Source of the DNA: Candidatus Yanofskybacteria bacterium
Lineage (GTDB): Bacteria; Patescibacteriota; Minisyncoccia; 2-02-FULL-40-12; IGHO2-01-FULL-4-A
Direction of reading: 5' to 3'
Assembly (NCBI GenBank): GCA_016181175.1
Contig: JACOZV010000004.1
Coordinates: forward strand, 7,718-71,717
DNA: 64,000 bases
A model generated the notes under the pieces. That model was not told where the DNA came from. It ran no database searches and saw nothing but the letters and a program-made list of their open reading frames with translations. A program made the translations under genes and the position numbers. Shown here piece after piece: positions 28,823 to 39,044 of this stretch (the first letter of the stretch is position 1; each line of letters begins with the position of its first letter).

Positions 28823-31504
28823 CTAATCACATGAACCGGTTGAAGTGGCACAATTCGAACATGTGTAACACGAGCCAGCTCTTTTCATGATAGTACCGCA
28901 TCCACAAACCGGAGCATCGGTATCGACACCACTGATACCGCTTTTTTCTGATACGCTAACAGGTGTTTTATCATGTGGCGGTCCAAAAATTTCTTCCTGG
29001 TCTTCCTTTGAAAGAAACTTCTTGCCAAGCCATTTAAAAATGTAATCAACAATTGAACTTGCGAAACGTATTTCCTGATTTTCGGTTATACCCGCCGGCT
29101 CAAATCTCATGTCTTTAAACTTCTTAACCAGAACTTTTAGCGGCACGCCCGACTGCAGAGCTACCGAAATAAGGGTTGCAATGGTATCAACCAATCCAGA
29201 CACCGTGCTCCCTTCCTTTGCCATGACAATAAATGTTTCACCAGGAGATCCATCGGGATAAAGACCAACGGTCAAATATCCTTCATGGCCGCCGAGAGAA
29301 AACTTATGGGTTATCGCATCTCTTGTGTCAGGCAACTTTCTTCTCGTGTAATTGCCGATTGTCTGGACGAGATTACCGTCAGCAGTTTGTGGATTTACTG
29401 TCTTTTTTGTTTTTTCTTCGTCTGAAACATTCAACGGCTGAACGCTCTTACAACCATCGCGGTAAACGGCCACTGCTTTCAGGCCAAGTTTCCACGACTG
29501 TATAAATACATCGCGAATATTCTCCACCGTGGCACCACTGGGCAGATTGACGGTTTTAGAAATCGCACCGGAAATAAAGGGCTGAACGGCACCCATCATT
29601 TTGATATGACCCGCATAACCGATACTTCTAACACCGTTTTGTGCTTTGAACGAACAGTCAAAAACGGGCAGGTGTTCATCCTTTAGATACGGCGCGCCTT
29701 CTATGGTTTCCTTTTCCAAAATGTAATTTTTGATGTCAGAAACTTGCTGTTCATTGTAACCGAGTTTTTTAAGAGCCGCCGGCACTTGGTTATTTATCAA
29801 CTTAAGTGTTCCACCACCCACGAGTTTCTTATACTTAACCAAAGCCAATTCCGGTTCAACTCCGGTCGTATCACAATCCATCAGGAATGCAATAGTACCG
29901 GTCGGAGCCAATACTGTAGCTTGAGAATTCCGATAGCCAAATTTTTGCCCTAGCCCAAAAGCTTCTTTCCAAACACATTCAGATTCGCGCATAAGATGCG
30001 TCCGCTCACCAAATTGGTTTTGAAGTTTTATGGCAAATATGCCGTGCTTTTCTATAACTTTCAACATGTCTTCACGATTTAACTCATATCCGGCAAACGG
30101 GCCAGTTACTTCCGCAATTCTTGCAGACATGCAGTATGCCTCTCCGGTCATAATAGAGGTAATAGCGGCTGCCACGTCACGGCCAAAATCAGAATCGTAG
30201 GGCAAGCCCATATTCATTAAAAGACTACCGAGGTTAGCATAGCCCAATCCAAGTTCACGGAAAGCAAGAGCATTGGCGGTTATTTTTGGTGTTGGATAAG
30301 AAGAGTTGCCGACAATGATTTCTTGGGCAAGAATCATGGTATCCACGGCTTTTTTAAATGAAACAATGTCAAAACTGCCGTCATTATTCAGAAATTTAAC
30401 CAAGTTAAGCGAAGCTAAGTTACAAGCGCTATCATCCAAATGCATATACTCACTGCATGGGTTTGAAGCGTTAATTCTGCCGGTTTTCGGACAAGTATGC
30501 CAATCGTTAATTATGGTATCAAATTGCATACCCGGATCAGCAGAACGCCAGGCGGCATCCGCAATCCACCTCATGACCTCTCTTGCTTTTACCACCCTGA
30601 GTGTTTCTCCGGTGGTAACCGCTTTGAGTTCCCAATCTTCATCGGCATCAACCCGTCGCATAAATTCATTGCTTACACGCACGGAGTTATTAGCATTTTG
30701 ATAAGGTATCATGGTATATGGACTAAAAAGATCACCGTCAATTGAATTTTGAAAACCGCTGGCCTCTAAAGCCCTCACTTCATCTTCTGCTATTGTTTTA
30801 CAACAAATAAACTGCTTGATATCGGGATGGTCAACATTTAAAACTACCATTTTGGCGGCGCGTCTAGTTGTGCCGCCAGAACGTATCATGTTGGCAAATC
30901 CGTCAGCACCTTTCATAAATGAAACCGGACCAGAAGATCTGCCACCTCTAGATAATGGCTCCAGAGAAGACCTTAGTGGTGAAAGATTTACTCCACTTCC
31001 AGAACCACCCTTAAAAATCCAGCCCTCCTGCCTGCACCATTCAAAAATTGATTCCATACTGTCGTCTATGGATAGAATAAAACAGGCACTACACTGCGGT
31101 TTGTCATAAACTCCAACATTGAACCAGACTGGGCTGTTAAACGCCGCCCACTGATTTATCATCAAGAATTTTAGGTCCTGCCTGAAATTTTCAGCATCTT
31201 GTTCGGTTGCGAAATAGCTGTCCAATATGCCCCAAGCAGTGATTCTATCTACAACGCGATTAACCATCTGCCTGGCACTATTTTCTCTTTCTGATGATTC
31301 TAGTTTACCGCGAAAATATTTTGAAGCCACGATATTGGTCGCGGTCTGGCTCCAAAAATCTGGAACTTCAACACCGTCCTGTCTAAAAAAGATCTTGCCT
31401 TTTTCATTAGTAATTTCTGCCGTTCTTTTTTCCCATTTTATAGAATCATATGGATCGCCTTCACCAAATAAACGAGGCCACGAAAGGCCCTTATTTTTTT
31501 CCAT
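28823..31504 (-). CDS. nrdJ: Adenosylcobalamin-dependent (class II) ribonucleotide reductase
   Basis: 893 aa with NPCSE...(active-site Cys loop), TGVEPE and a C-terminal Cys-rich tail CGCG...CYTCSNC typical of class II RNR. Confidence 0.85.
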   Translation of the reverse strand: MEKNKGLSWPRLFGEGDPYDSIKWEKRTAEITNEKGKIFFRQDGVEVPDFWSQTATNIVASKYFRGKLESSERENSARQMVNRVVDRITAWGILDSYFATEQDAENFRQDLKFLMINQWAAFNSPVWFNVGVYDKPQCSACFILSIDDSMESIFEWCRQEGWIFKGGSGSGVNLSPLRSSLEPLSRGGRSSGPVSFMKGADGFANMIRSGGTTRRAAKMVVLNVDHPDIKQFICCKTIAEDEVRALEASGFQNSIDGDLFSPYTMIPYQNANNSVRVSNEFMRRVDADEDWELKAVTTGETLRVVKAREVMRWIADAAWRSADPGMQFDTIINDWHTCPKTGRINASNPCSEYMHLDDSACNLASLNLVKFLNNDGSFDIVSFKKAVDTMILAQEIIVGNSSYPTPKITANALAFRELGLGYANLGSLLMNMGLPYDSDFGRDVAAAITSIMTGEAYCMSARIAEVTGPFAGYELNREDMLKVIEKHGIFAIKLQNQFGERTHLMRESECVWKEAFGLGQKFGYRNSQATVLAPTGTIAFLMDCDTTGVEPELALVKYKKLVGGGTLKLINNQVPAALKKLGYNEQQVSDIKNYILEKETIEGAPYLKDEHLPVFDCSFKAQNGVRSIGYAGHIKMMGAVQPFISGAISKTVNLPSGATVENIRDVFIQSWKLGLKAVAVYRDGCKSVQPLNVSDEEKTKKTVNPQTADGNLVQTIGNYTRRKLPDTRDAITHKFSLGGHEGYLTVGLYPDGSPGETFIVMAKEGSTVSGLVDTIATLISVALQSGVPLKVLVKKFKDMRFEPAGITENQEIRFASSIVDYIFKWLGKKFLSKEDQEEIFGPPHDKTPVSVSEKSGISGVDTDAPVCGCGTIMKRAGSCYTCSNCATSTGSCD

Positions 31505-31542
31505 TTCTACTCCTTTTGTTAACGAACAAAAATGTAGTTGGA

Positions 31543-31571
31543 ATTATAGCAGTCTAAAAAATATGCGTCAA
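31543..31571 (-). promoter_or_regulatory. Sigma70-type promoter for nrdJ
   Basis: Minus strand reads TTGACG, a 17-nt spacer, then TATAAT, about 40 nt upstream of the ATG. Confidence 0.45.
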
Positions 31572-31652
31572 ATTAATCCGACTAACACGATACGATTGAT
31601 TTTTTTTCTATGAAGCCTATGCTTTAAATAACTTGGTCTTTTAAAATATTTA

Positions 31653-32789
31653 GTGGAGATAGTCATGGCAAATAAAATGCGCGTGGGAACTCTTTTAAAC
31701 ACCTTCAAGCTAATACCCAAAATTTTGCAAGATACGCTTTTTTCCGACCCGCACCTTCATCATCCGCTACTGCGGCGGCGAATGGGCAATATCTTGCTCA
31801 AATTGGGCGGGCGATGTTTAAGCGGCATTTACCACGGTCCGCAAATGCCCCCGGAAAAATTGCTTTCAATGTTTAACCTTGAAAACCAAATTGAAGAATT
31901 GAGGAATGCCGGCGCGGAACATTTTGAACTTGATGACGACATAGTTTTCCTAAGACCCGAGATTACACAGTGGTGGCAAAATAAAATACCCTATTTGAGC
32001 CAGCTCAAAGATGAAGGCATAACCTTCAGCGAACACTTATCGCAATTCGGCGGATTGCAAGTTGATTCATTTATACCGGAAATCAGACAAGCTTCAGTCC
32101 AGGCGATAGGTAGAATGGTAAAACTTTTTGAACCGTTACAACCGCTTAATTATGTCCTGCATCTTGGCGGAGACAGATTTTTCCGCTACTTGAATACCCA
32201 TGCCATTGATCCTGTTTTAAGGCAAGAACTTGATAAAATATTCCCCCATTCACCTCTTAAAAAATATGCTCTGCGCAAATTTATACAGGGCTTAGTTTGG
32301 TGGACACAGCATCACGTCAATGACACTATCGTAGTTCCCTCTGTTTTGGAAACAATGAAAGAATTAAAAAAAATAATCCCCGCTCAAAACATTTGTTTGG
32401 AAAACCTGGAACACAGCGACTTTGATATGATGGCCGATATTGTTACCAAACAAATAGATGCCAGGATTTGTTTTGACGTAGGACATGACGTAATCAGGAA
32501 CGGCTTTGAACATCCCAAGCGATTTATTTTGAAATACGGACACAAGATCGCCCAATTGCACCTGCACGATATCCGCGTCATTGCCAGCACCATTTACCCG
32601 TCGGGGTATAAAGAGCCGGTTTATCAAGACCACAAGCCGCTTGGTGATGGGTCTCTTAACCTTAAAAATAATATCTTGATACCGCTAAAAGAAGTCGGGT
32701 TTTCTGGCCCGATTGTCATAGAAGATTATTACCACGACCCACTACCATCAGTAAAAATTCTAAGAAAAGCAATTGATGAAATAAGCTAG
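31653..32789 (+). CDS. Xylose isomerase-like TIM-barrel (AP endonuclease 2 / sugar phosphate isomerase-epimerase superfamily) protein
   Basis: VLHLGG...CLENLEH...CFDVGHD...LHLHD is the pattern of metal-binding His/Glu/Asp typical of this fold. Confidence 0.5.
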   Translation: MEIVMANKMRVGTLLNTFKLIPKILQDTLFSDPHLHHPLLRRRMGNILLKLGGRCLSGIYHGPQMPPEKLLSMFNLENQIEELRNAGAEHFELDDDIVFLRPEITQWWQNKIPYLSQLKDEGITFSEHLSQFGGLQVDSFIPEIRQASVQAIGRMVKLFEPLQPLNYVLHLGGDRFFRYLNTHAIDPVLRQELDKIFPHSPLKKYALRKFIQGLVWWTQHHVNDTIVVPSVLETMKELKKIIPAQNICLENLEHSDFDMMADIVTKQIDARICFDVGHDVIRNGFEHPKRFILKYGHKIAQLHLHDIRVIASTIYPSGYKEPVYQDHKPLGDGSLNLKNNILIPLKEVGFSGPIVIEDYYHDPLPSVKILRKAIDEIS

Positions 32790-32796
32790 TTGAATG

Positions 32797-32848
32797 CCGC
32801 CATAACAGGCGGTTTTTTTATTAAAAAAAACCGCCTGTTATGGGGCGG
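32797..32848. terminator. Back-to-back terminators forming one large palindrome between convergent genes
   Basis: ccgcc-ataaca-ggcgg followed by T7, then A8 followed by ccgcc-tgttatgg-ggcgg. Confidence 0.65.
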
Positions 32849-32851
32849 AGG

Positions 32852-34345
32852 TTAAAACCCATGAAGGAATGCTCTCAATGCTAAGTTGGTCAAACCGTTA
32901 TACGGAAGCCACCACGGTTCCTTTGTCTTAAAAAACGGCAAATGGAAAAACGGGTGGTCGTGCCAAACAATAGTCTTGGGTTTTCCGAATCGCTGAATAC
33001 CGGTTCGGCCGTGCCGCGGCAAACCGCCGTATTGGGACGTACTCCCCTTCCGACCGCATTGCGGCGCGTCAGTTATAAACCAGTTTATCATCGCGTCATT
33101 GCCGACAACATTGCCAGCCTGAATATATCCGGCTATTTCATAAAATAATTTCTTGTTTTTGGTAAAAACGGAAGCATTCAAACCCAAATGAGAATCATTG
33201 GCCAAAGAGATGGCTTCTCCGATGTCATCAAATTCCATGAATGGCATTACGGGACCAAAGGTCTCTTCTTTCATCACAGACATCGAATGATCCGTGGGAT
33301 ATAAAATTGCCGGAGTCAGCCAGTTGCCACCATCGCGCAACCGATCTGGCAATTCTTTCCTCCAACAAACATGGGCTCCGGCTTTTTTGACGTCCTCAAT
33401 TTGTTTTTCCACAACATCAAATTGAGCTCTTGTAATCATGGGACCATAATCTCTGCCGGGTTTAAGATCATAGTGCACAATCTGAATGACATAAGACAAA
33501 ATGGCGTGTAAAACTTCTTTGTGAACGTAAATCCTTTCAAACGATTTGCAATATTGACCTGAATTTGCAATTGCACCGTACACCAGTGCTTGGGCAGTAC
33601 GCCGTAAATCCGCATCGGGCAGGACGATTGCCGGCGCCTTGCCGCCCATTTCTAAATTGGGTATGAAGCCGCGAGACTGGCAAATTTCAGCAACTTTTTT
33701 GCCGGTTTTACATGAACCGGTAAAACTAATGTGATCCGCAACTTGGCAAAGTTTCGCTCCAATATCGCCGTAACCCAATAGCACTTGCATCAAGCCCGCA
33801 GGAAAACCGACATTTTTCATAATTTCTTCCAGCTTTAAGGCCGTCAAGGGCGTATATTCAGACGGCTTCCAGATAACCGCGCTGCCAAGAAATAATGCCG
33901 GAAAAATATCTGCCGCCGGAATAGCCAAAGGCAAATTCCATGGAGTAATTACCCCCACAAGCTGATGCGGTTCAAAGAAGACCTTCGCATTTTTATTTGA
34001 TAAAAATACGTGATTAGAAACATGCTCGCAGGCATAAGCTTCACCCCTCCGCTCAAGCTCATGAATTTCGGCAACAGCGGATATCACGTCAACCATCGCA
34101 TCCGGCCAAGTTTTTCCCGTTTCTGATTGATTCGGCTCGACTAATTCATGATATTTTTTTTGAATATGGCGTTTCAGTTTCTTGAAAAGTTTCAATCGAT
34201 CGGAAAAGGAAACTTTTTGCCATTTTATTTGAGCCTTTCTGCCTTCACGCACAAAAAAATCCAATATAGTTTCATCATGACAAACAATTTCTCTAAATAC
34301 CTTGCCAGTGGCAGGATTAGTTACAACAATAGATTCATGGGTCAT
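32852..34345 (-). CDS. NAD(P)-dependent aldehyde dehydrogenase
   Basis: FTGSCKTGKKV, LEMGGKAP, catalytic Cys context GQYCKSFERIYV, and EETFGPVMP. Confidence 0.8.
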   Translation of the reverse strand: MTHESIVVTNPATGKVFREIVCHDETILDFFVREGRKAQIKWQKVSFSDRLKLFKKLKRHIQKKYHELVEPNQSETGKTWPDAMVDVISAVAEIHELERRGEAYACEHVSNHVFLSNKNAKVFFEPHQLVGVITPWNLPLAIPAADIFPALFLGSAVIWKPSEYTPLTALKLEEIMKNVGFPAGLMQVLLGYGDIGAKLCQVADHISFTGSCKTGKKVAEICQSRGFIPNLEMGGKAPAIVLPDADLRRTAQALVYGAIANSGQYCKSFERIYVHKEVLHAILSYVIQIVHYDLKPGRDYGPMITRAQFDVVEKQIEDVKKAGAHVCWRKELPDRLRDGGNWLTPAILYPTDHSMSVMKEETFGPVMPFMEFDDIGEAISLANDSHLGLNASVFTKNKKLFYEIAGYIQAGNVVGNDAMINWFITDAPQCGRKGSTSQYGGLPRHGRTGIQRFGKPKTIVWHDHPFFHLPFFKTKEPWWLPYNGLTNLALRAFLHGF

Positions 34346-34525
34346 TTTGTCTCTTTTTTATTAAAGATCAAATTCTAACCGCAGTCTATTTTAAACATAT
34401 ATAAAAAACAAGGGGGAAGTTACAATTTGACCCCGCCCTTGAAAAGGACGGGCGGGGTTTACAAAATATCAATAATAGTAAAGAATGATGACAACTTGAT
34501 AGCACATTAAAAAGGTAGGTAAAGT

Positions 34526-35593
34526 ATGTCAGAAACAAAAAAACCAACTGCTTTGGTAACCGGCGCCTACGGATTTGTGGGGCCGCATATGATAAAACTG
34601 CTGATAGATAATGGCTTTGGGGTCATAGCCACAGACCATCCAAATGCTAAACCCAAACCATTGCCTTATAATGTGGAATATCAACCGTGCGATCTGGCAA
34701 ATTTTTCAGATGTGGCCTCGTTGATTGCTAAACATAGACCAAACGTTGAATTCCTCGTTGCTTCTATTTTTAGATACGATGTTCCGCGAGAAAAAATTCT
34801 AAAGACCAATCACGCTATCATGAGAAATTGCTTAGAAGCAACGCGAAAATACAATCCTGATGTTCAACATATTGTGGCTTGGATTTCAGCATCCGTTTAT
34901 GGAGAAAGTTTCCGCAAGTCAAAGAACGTAAACGAAGGACATATAATCATTGATCAGCCTCTTTCAGAAAACTCACCAATGCGTCCTCGAAACGCCTACG
35001 AAGAATCAAAGGCATTACAACACATGATTTGCCAAGAATATGAAGATCTTCCTATAACCGAAATTTTTCCGATGGCAATTTACGGACCGGGTGGTAACTA
35101 TGGAGCAATGGTGATCATTGACATGATGGCCAAAAACCAGCTCCCGGGTTTTCCGTGCGGTGGCAAAAATAGAATTAGTTTGGTACATGTCTCGGATGTA
35201 TGCAGGGCGGCGCTTTTCCTTGCTAAACGCCAAGATACAATTGGAAAATGCTTTAATCTTGGCGACCGCTCCAGCTATACCATTAAAGATTTGATGCTGT
35301 GGCTAAAAAAGGAGTTTGAACGGGTAGGAATCAGGGTCGATCTTTTCCCGGTTAGCTATCCGATGTGGCTGATGAAGTTTTTCGCATGGCAATCAGAAAG
35401 AATCGCACGAAAATATAATCACCCGCCATTAGTTCAACGCGATTTCTTGGGCTACTTTGAACGTGGTTATAACTTTTTGGTTAGTTCTGAGTCTATTCGT
35501 AACCTTGGATTTAGATTTCAATATAATGACCCGCTACTTGATGGTGGCCTGCGTGAAACAATTGAATGGATGAGGGAGGAGGGACTGATATGA
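34526..35593 (+). CDS. NAD-dependent epimerase/dehydratase (extended SDR)
   Basis: Rossmann motif VTGAYGFVGPHM and the YxxxK-type YEESK. Confidence 0.75.
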   Translation: MSETKKPTALVTGAYGFVGPHMIKLLIDNGFGVIATDHPNAKPKPLPYNVEYQPCDLANFSDVASLIAKHRPNVEFLVASIFRYDVPREKILKTNHAIMRNCLEATRKYNPDVQHIVAWISASVYGESFRKSKNVNEGHIIIDQPLSENSPMRPRNAYEESKALQHMICQEYEDLPITEIFPMAIYGPGGNYGAMVIIDMMAKNQLPGFPCGGKNRISLVHVSDVCRAALFLAKRQDTIGKCFNLGDRSSYTIKDLMLWLKKEFERVGIRVDLFPVSYPMWLMKFFAWQSERIARKYNHPPLVQRDFLGYFERGYNFLVSSESIRNLGFRFQYNDPLLDGGLRETIEWMREEGLI

Positions 35594-36312
35594 TTATTAT
35601 GTTATTGATGGTTCTTGCCAGTATCGGCATTGTTCTTACGGCTGAACGGCACGCAACAACACGCGGTGTAATACGAGGGCTCGCTCAAGCGTATACTCCC
35701 GGCACTTGCCATAGCTTCCTACTTGATATACCAATTCTTCTGCCGCTTGTCGGCTTACTGGTCGAAGTCCTGGCAAGACGCATAAATAGTCTAAGGGCTC
35801 TGGCAATTTTCCCAACCATAACTTCACTCATATTCTTGTTTGCTGGATTTTTTTTGCAAAATAACTTTTTAATGATTTTAGCCTTCATTCTCTATTGCCC
35901 ATTTGTTCCTGGATTATTGTTTGGAGGAAAAACTTGGCTATGGTGGACAATGCGCCAAACACCGCTATATTATACGGCGCTTGTGATTTTCTTGACGATT
36001 TCCGGTTCTCTTTATGTTGATTACATTAATTTTTCATTTCTGACGCCACTACTCGGCCATGCCGAAGCATGGAGTGGAAATCACTTTATGTGGAATTCCG
36101 GGATTGAGGTTGTGGGGTTCAACCCACTTATTGACACGACTGTGCCGACTTACAAAAACTTCCTGGGTTCCTGGAACCTTCTTGCTCTTGTTTTATTTCT
36201 CACCTATCCCTTTGTCATGATAGGTGCCGGCACCAGAATTCATGGATTAATTTTCGGCTATAGTGAAAAACAGACCGGCATTTCCGCTTTATTTTTAGAA
36301 CGCAAAACCTAA
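35590..36312 (+). CDS. Hypothetical polytopic membrane protein
   Basis: Start MIIMLLMVL overlaps the SDR stop (ATGA). It has 7-8 hydrophobic helices. Confidence 0.5.
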   Translation: MIIMLLMVLASIGIVLTAERHATTRGVIRGLAQAYTPGTCHSFLLDIPILLPLVGLLVEVLARRINSLRALAIFPTITSLIFLFAGFFLQNNFLMILAFILYCPFVPGLLFGGKTWLWWTMRQTPLYYTALVIFLTISGSLYVDYINFSFLTPLLGHAEAWSGNHFMWNSGIEVVGFNPLIDTTVPTYKNFLGSWNLLALVLFLTYPFVMIGAGTRIHGLIFGYSEKQTGISALFLERKT

Positions 36313-36337
36313 TCGGGATAAAAACCCGATTTTTTTA
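36312..36337 (+). terminator. Rho-independent terminator
   Basis: atcggg-ataaaaa-cccgat followed by T7. Confidence 0.6.
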
Positions 36338-36417
36338 TTAGCCTTTACAAGTTTCGCAATTCGGCGTATTTTTTAGATGAATTATTTGGGTTCTTTTAAA
36401 ATAAGCGGGAGAAAACC

Positions 36418-38400
36418 ATGAAAGATATTCAAAGAATAGCTGTTTTTGGCGCTGGAACTATGGGTTTGGGTATTGCCCAAAACGCCCTGCAAAGCGGCTT
36501 TGATGTTTACCTTTATGATGTTTTTTCGTCAATGGCAAAAAATAAAAATAATAGCGGACCGTTTGAAATTGCGTATCAGGAAACGATTCAAGATTTTAAA
36601 AGAAGACTCTGGCTTGCGCTTTTTTTGGCTAAAGGATCAGATAGCCGGCTCTTATACTATTCCAAGGAAGCCGTAAACTCGGCTTTGAGCCGTATCCAAT
36701 TTTTTGATTCAAGCAATTTAGACTCACTAACTTTGGCCGATTTTATCATAGAAGCAATTTTCGAAGATTCAGAAACCAAAATGAAACTCTACGAAGCGGT
36801 GACCGAAAAAATCGACGACAGTATTCCAATAGCTTCAAACACTTCAACCATAAAAATTGAGACTCTGGCTCAAGCCGTAAAAAATCCACAGAGATTTCTG
36901 GGGATGCACTTTTTTAACCCAGTACCAAAAATGCATTTGGTTGAATTGGTTTTTTCCAAATACACCAACAAGGTAACAGCGGATTCGGCAATTTTCTTGG
37001 CTTCCGCCTTGGGTAAAACCCACGTTATCGCCCCAGATATTCCGGGTTTTATCGTAAATCGGGTTGCACTGCCCATGCTAATGACCACCTTTGAAGTTTT
37101 GTCTGAAAGCACAACTCCCCAAGACATAGACGGAGCTTTTACAAGCGGGGAATGGTTCAAAGATCAAAAGTCATTAAGGATTATGAAGGCTATGGCTAAT
37201 TCTGTTTCAGAGCTCGCAAAAGAAACCGGCTGTAGCATGGATGCCATTGACAAGGCTTTACGATTGGGCTTAAACTGGCCCGTCAAAGCTTCGGAATTGG
37301 ATCGGCTCCTGTCGCTATCGACCGATAAACTTGAAGAACAAAAAGAAGAACTCAAATTCAGGATGGGGCCGGTAATGTTCAGCGATTTAGTTGGCAATGA
37401 TGTCAGCTTAGACGCATTAAAGTCATTCCAAAAACAAGAACCGGAAAAACACTGGTCTATTCCGCCGCTACTTGCAAAAATGGTAGCGGAAAAAAAACTG
37501 GGAATGAAAACCGGAAACGGTTTTTACGAATACAGATCAGGGGTCAGGCTTGATAACCTGGGTGATGGCTACTGGCAAATTACCTTCGGCGATGGCCGAA
37601 GCAACCTTTTGTCGTCATCAATCGTAAAACAACTCCGTGAAGCATTTGAATCGTTAAGAAGCCAAAAAGACATTCGAGCCGTTTTTATTGGAGCCAACGG
37701 ACCGGTAAACGGTGCGAACATCAAAGAGTTTCCCTTGTGTCTGCAAAGTGTTGAGCAAGCACAAAAAGCAGTAAACGAATTCAACGATTTGCTTAAAACC
37801 ATTGAGGATTTTCCGGCTCTAGTTGTCGCGATCATTCGCCAGCGTGCTTTGGGCGGCGGCTACGAATTGGCTCTGGCTTGCGACCGGATTGTCGCCACAA
37901 AAGACAGCCAAATCGGTTTGCCAGAAGTAACCTTGGGTATTATGCCTGGTGCAGGAGGCACGCAAAGGTTGCCTCGCCGCGCCGGAAGGGTTCGTGCTAT
38001 TAACCTAATACTTTCCGGCAGACTCGAAAAAGCCGAACCTCCATTTGTCGATTTCGTTTTATCAACAATAGAACCGCGATTTTTAAAATTACTGTTTGCG
38101 CAACCTTACAAGCCAATCAAACAATCAAAGAACGGACCGCTTAACGAAATGTTTAGCGACAAACTGGCGGCTCTCAAAGAAATACTAAAAATATGGCTGG
38201 GTTGGAAAGTAAAAGGCATGACACCACCTAAATCTTTTGCGTCGGCGTGTCAAACAATAATTCGTGGCAGTAGAAAAACTCTTGAAGAAGGACTGCTATG
38301 TGAAAAAAACGCAATTTTAGAATCTTTCCAAAGCCGTGATGCCGAAGAAGGGATCAGAGCTTTTCTTGAAAAACGTAAACCTAAATTTACCGGACAATAA
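36418..38400 (+). CDS. Fused 3-hydroxyacyl-CoA dehydrogenase (N-terminal) / enoyl-CoA hydratase (C-terminal)
   Basis: N-terminal Rossmann IAVFGAGTMGLGIAQ and ...HFFNPVPKMHLVE. The C-terminal crotonase fold has ALGGGYELALACD...GLPEVTLGIMPGAGGTQRL. Confidence 0.8.
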   Translation: MKDIQRIAVFGAGTMGLGIAQNALQSGFDVYLYDVFSSMAKNKNNSGPFEIAYQETIQDFKRRLWLALFLAKGSDSRLLYYSKEAVNSALSRIQFFDSSNLDSLTLADFIIEAIFEDSETKMKLYEAVTEKIDDSIPIASNTSTIKIETLAQAVKNPQRFLGMHFFNPVPKMHLVELVFSKYTNKVTADSAIFLASALGKTHVIAPDIPGFIVNRVALPMLMTTFEVLSESTTPQDIDGAFTSGEWFKDQKSLRIMKAMANSVSELAKETGCSMDAIDKALRLGLNWPVKASELDRLLSLSTDKLEEQKEELKFRMGPVMFSDLVGNDVSLDALKSFQKQEPEKHWSIPPLLAKMVAEKKLGMKTGNGFYEYRSGVRLDNLGDGYWQITFGDGRSNLLSSSIVKQLREAFESLRSQKDIRAVFIGANGPVNGANIKEFPLCLQSVEQAQKAVNEFNDLLKTIEDFPALVVAIIRQRALGGGYELALACDRIVATKDSQIGLPEVTLGIMPGAGGTQRLPRRAGRVRAINLILSGRLEKAEPPFVDFVLSTIEPRFLKLLFAQPYKPIKQSKNGPLNEMFSDKLAALKEILKIWLGWKVKGMTPPKSFASACQTIIRGSRKTLEEGLLCEKNAILESFQSRDAEEGIRAFLEKRKPKFTGQ

Positions 38401-38418
38401 AACCTGCAAAAGCAGGTT
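38401..38418. terminator. Terminator between convergent genes
   Basis: aacctgc-aaaa-gcaggtt followed by a T run. Confidence 0.55.
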
Positions 38419-38441
38419 TTTAATTTAGCTATTTTTCCAGA

Positions 38442-38960
38442 TTATTCTGACAATCCTGGTCTGTTTTGTTCTATAAAATCCGTTACTTTTGTAGAATTCT
38501 CGTTGCTTAAAATTTGCATGAGCAATTCATCTTCTATAAAAATCGGTGAATTAAAATGTAATGCCATGGCAACCGCATCGCTGGGCCTACTATCTATAAT
38601 TTTCTCTTCCTCGCCTTGTTGACAGTAAATCTCGGCAAAATATGTTGCATCCTCGTCAATTCTGGTAATAACGACTTTGTTTATCTTTATACCCCAATCA
38701 ACAAGAGTATTTTTAAAAAGATCGTGCGTTAGCGGTCTTAAAGTAGCAGCACCCTCAAGTAACAAAGAAATGGCTACATACACAGACTCGTCTATCCAGA
38801 TCGGAAATGTGGAATTTGTTAGTTTGTCCCGAGGCAAAAGAATATAGTGAATTTCTAGGGGCTGATCTTCCTCCTCTTGGCCATCCTTAACCTGGCTGTT
38901 TTTTATGTAACCCTTTATGATTACGGGAGAACTTAAATCAACTATTAACTCTCTCAGCAT
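38442..38960 (-). CDS. Bifunctional nuclease family protein (BFN/DUF151)
   Basis: RPLTHDLFKN and DSRPSDAVAMAL motifs. Confidence 0.7.
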   Translation of the reverse strand: MLRELIVDLSSPVIIKGYIKNSQVKDGQEEEDQPLEIHYILLPRDKLTNSTFPIWIDESVYVAISLLLEGAATLRPLTHDLFKNTLVDWGIKINKVVITRIDEDATYFAEIYCQQGEEEKIIDSRPSDAVAMALHFNSPIFIEDELLMQILSNENSTKVTDFIEQNRPGLSE

Positions 38961-39044
38961 TTTGCTTCCTTATTTTAATGAACGAGTAATTAGTTGATGT
39001 AAGAGTATCACTGGTGTTTCTTGCTGTCCAACATTGGTTAGTGT

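Noticed and set aside
31505-31650. NrdR box or cobalamin riboswitch upstream of nrdJ.
   Set aside because: The leader is too short for a B12 riboswitch, and I could not identify paired 16-bp NrdR palindromes. Only a promoter is supported.
31652-31745. By hand count, the GTG start of the TIM-barrel ORF falls at 31652 and a T run at ~31737-31743 reads as 7 T, which would break the frame.
   Set aside because: The computed ORF track gives an intact 378-aa ORF from 31653, and the downstream positions agree with it. This is most likely my manual counting error. I keep it only as a warning that hand-derived coordinates may be off by 1 nt.
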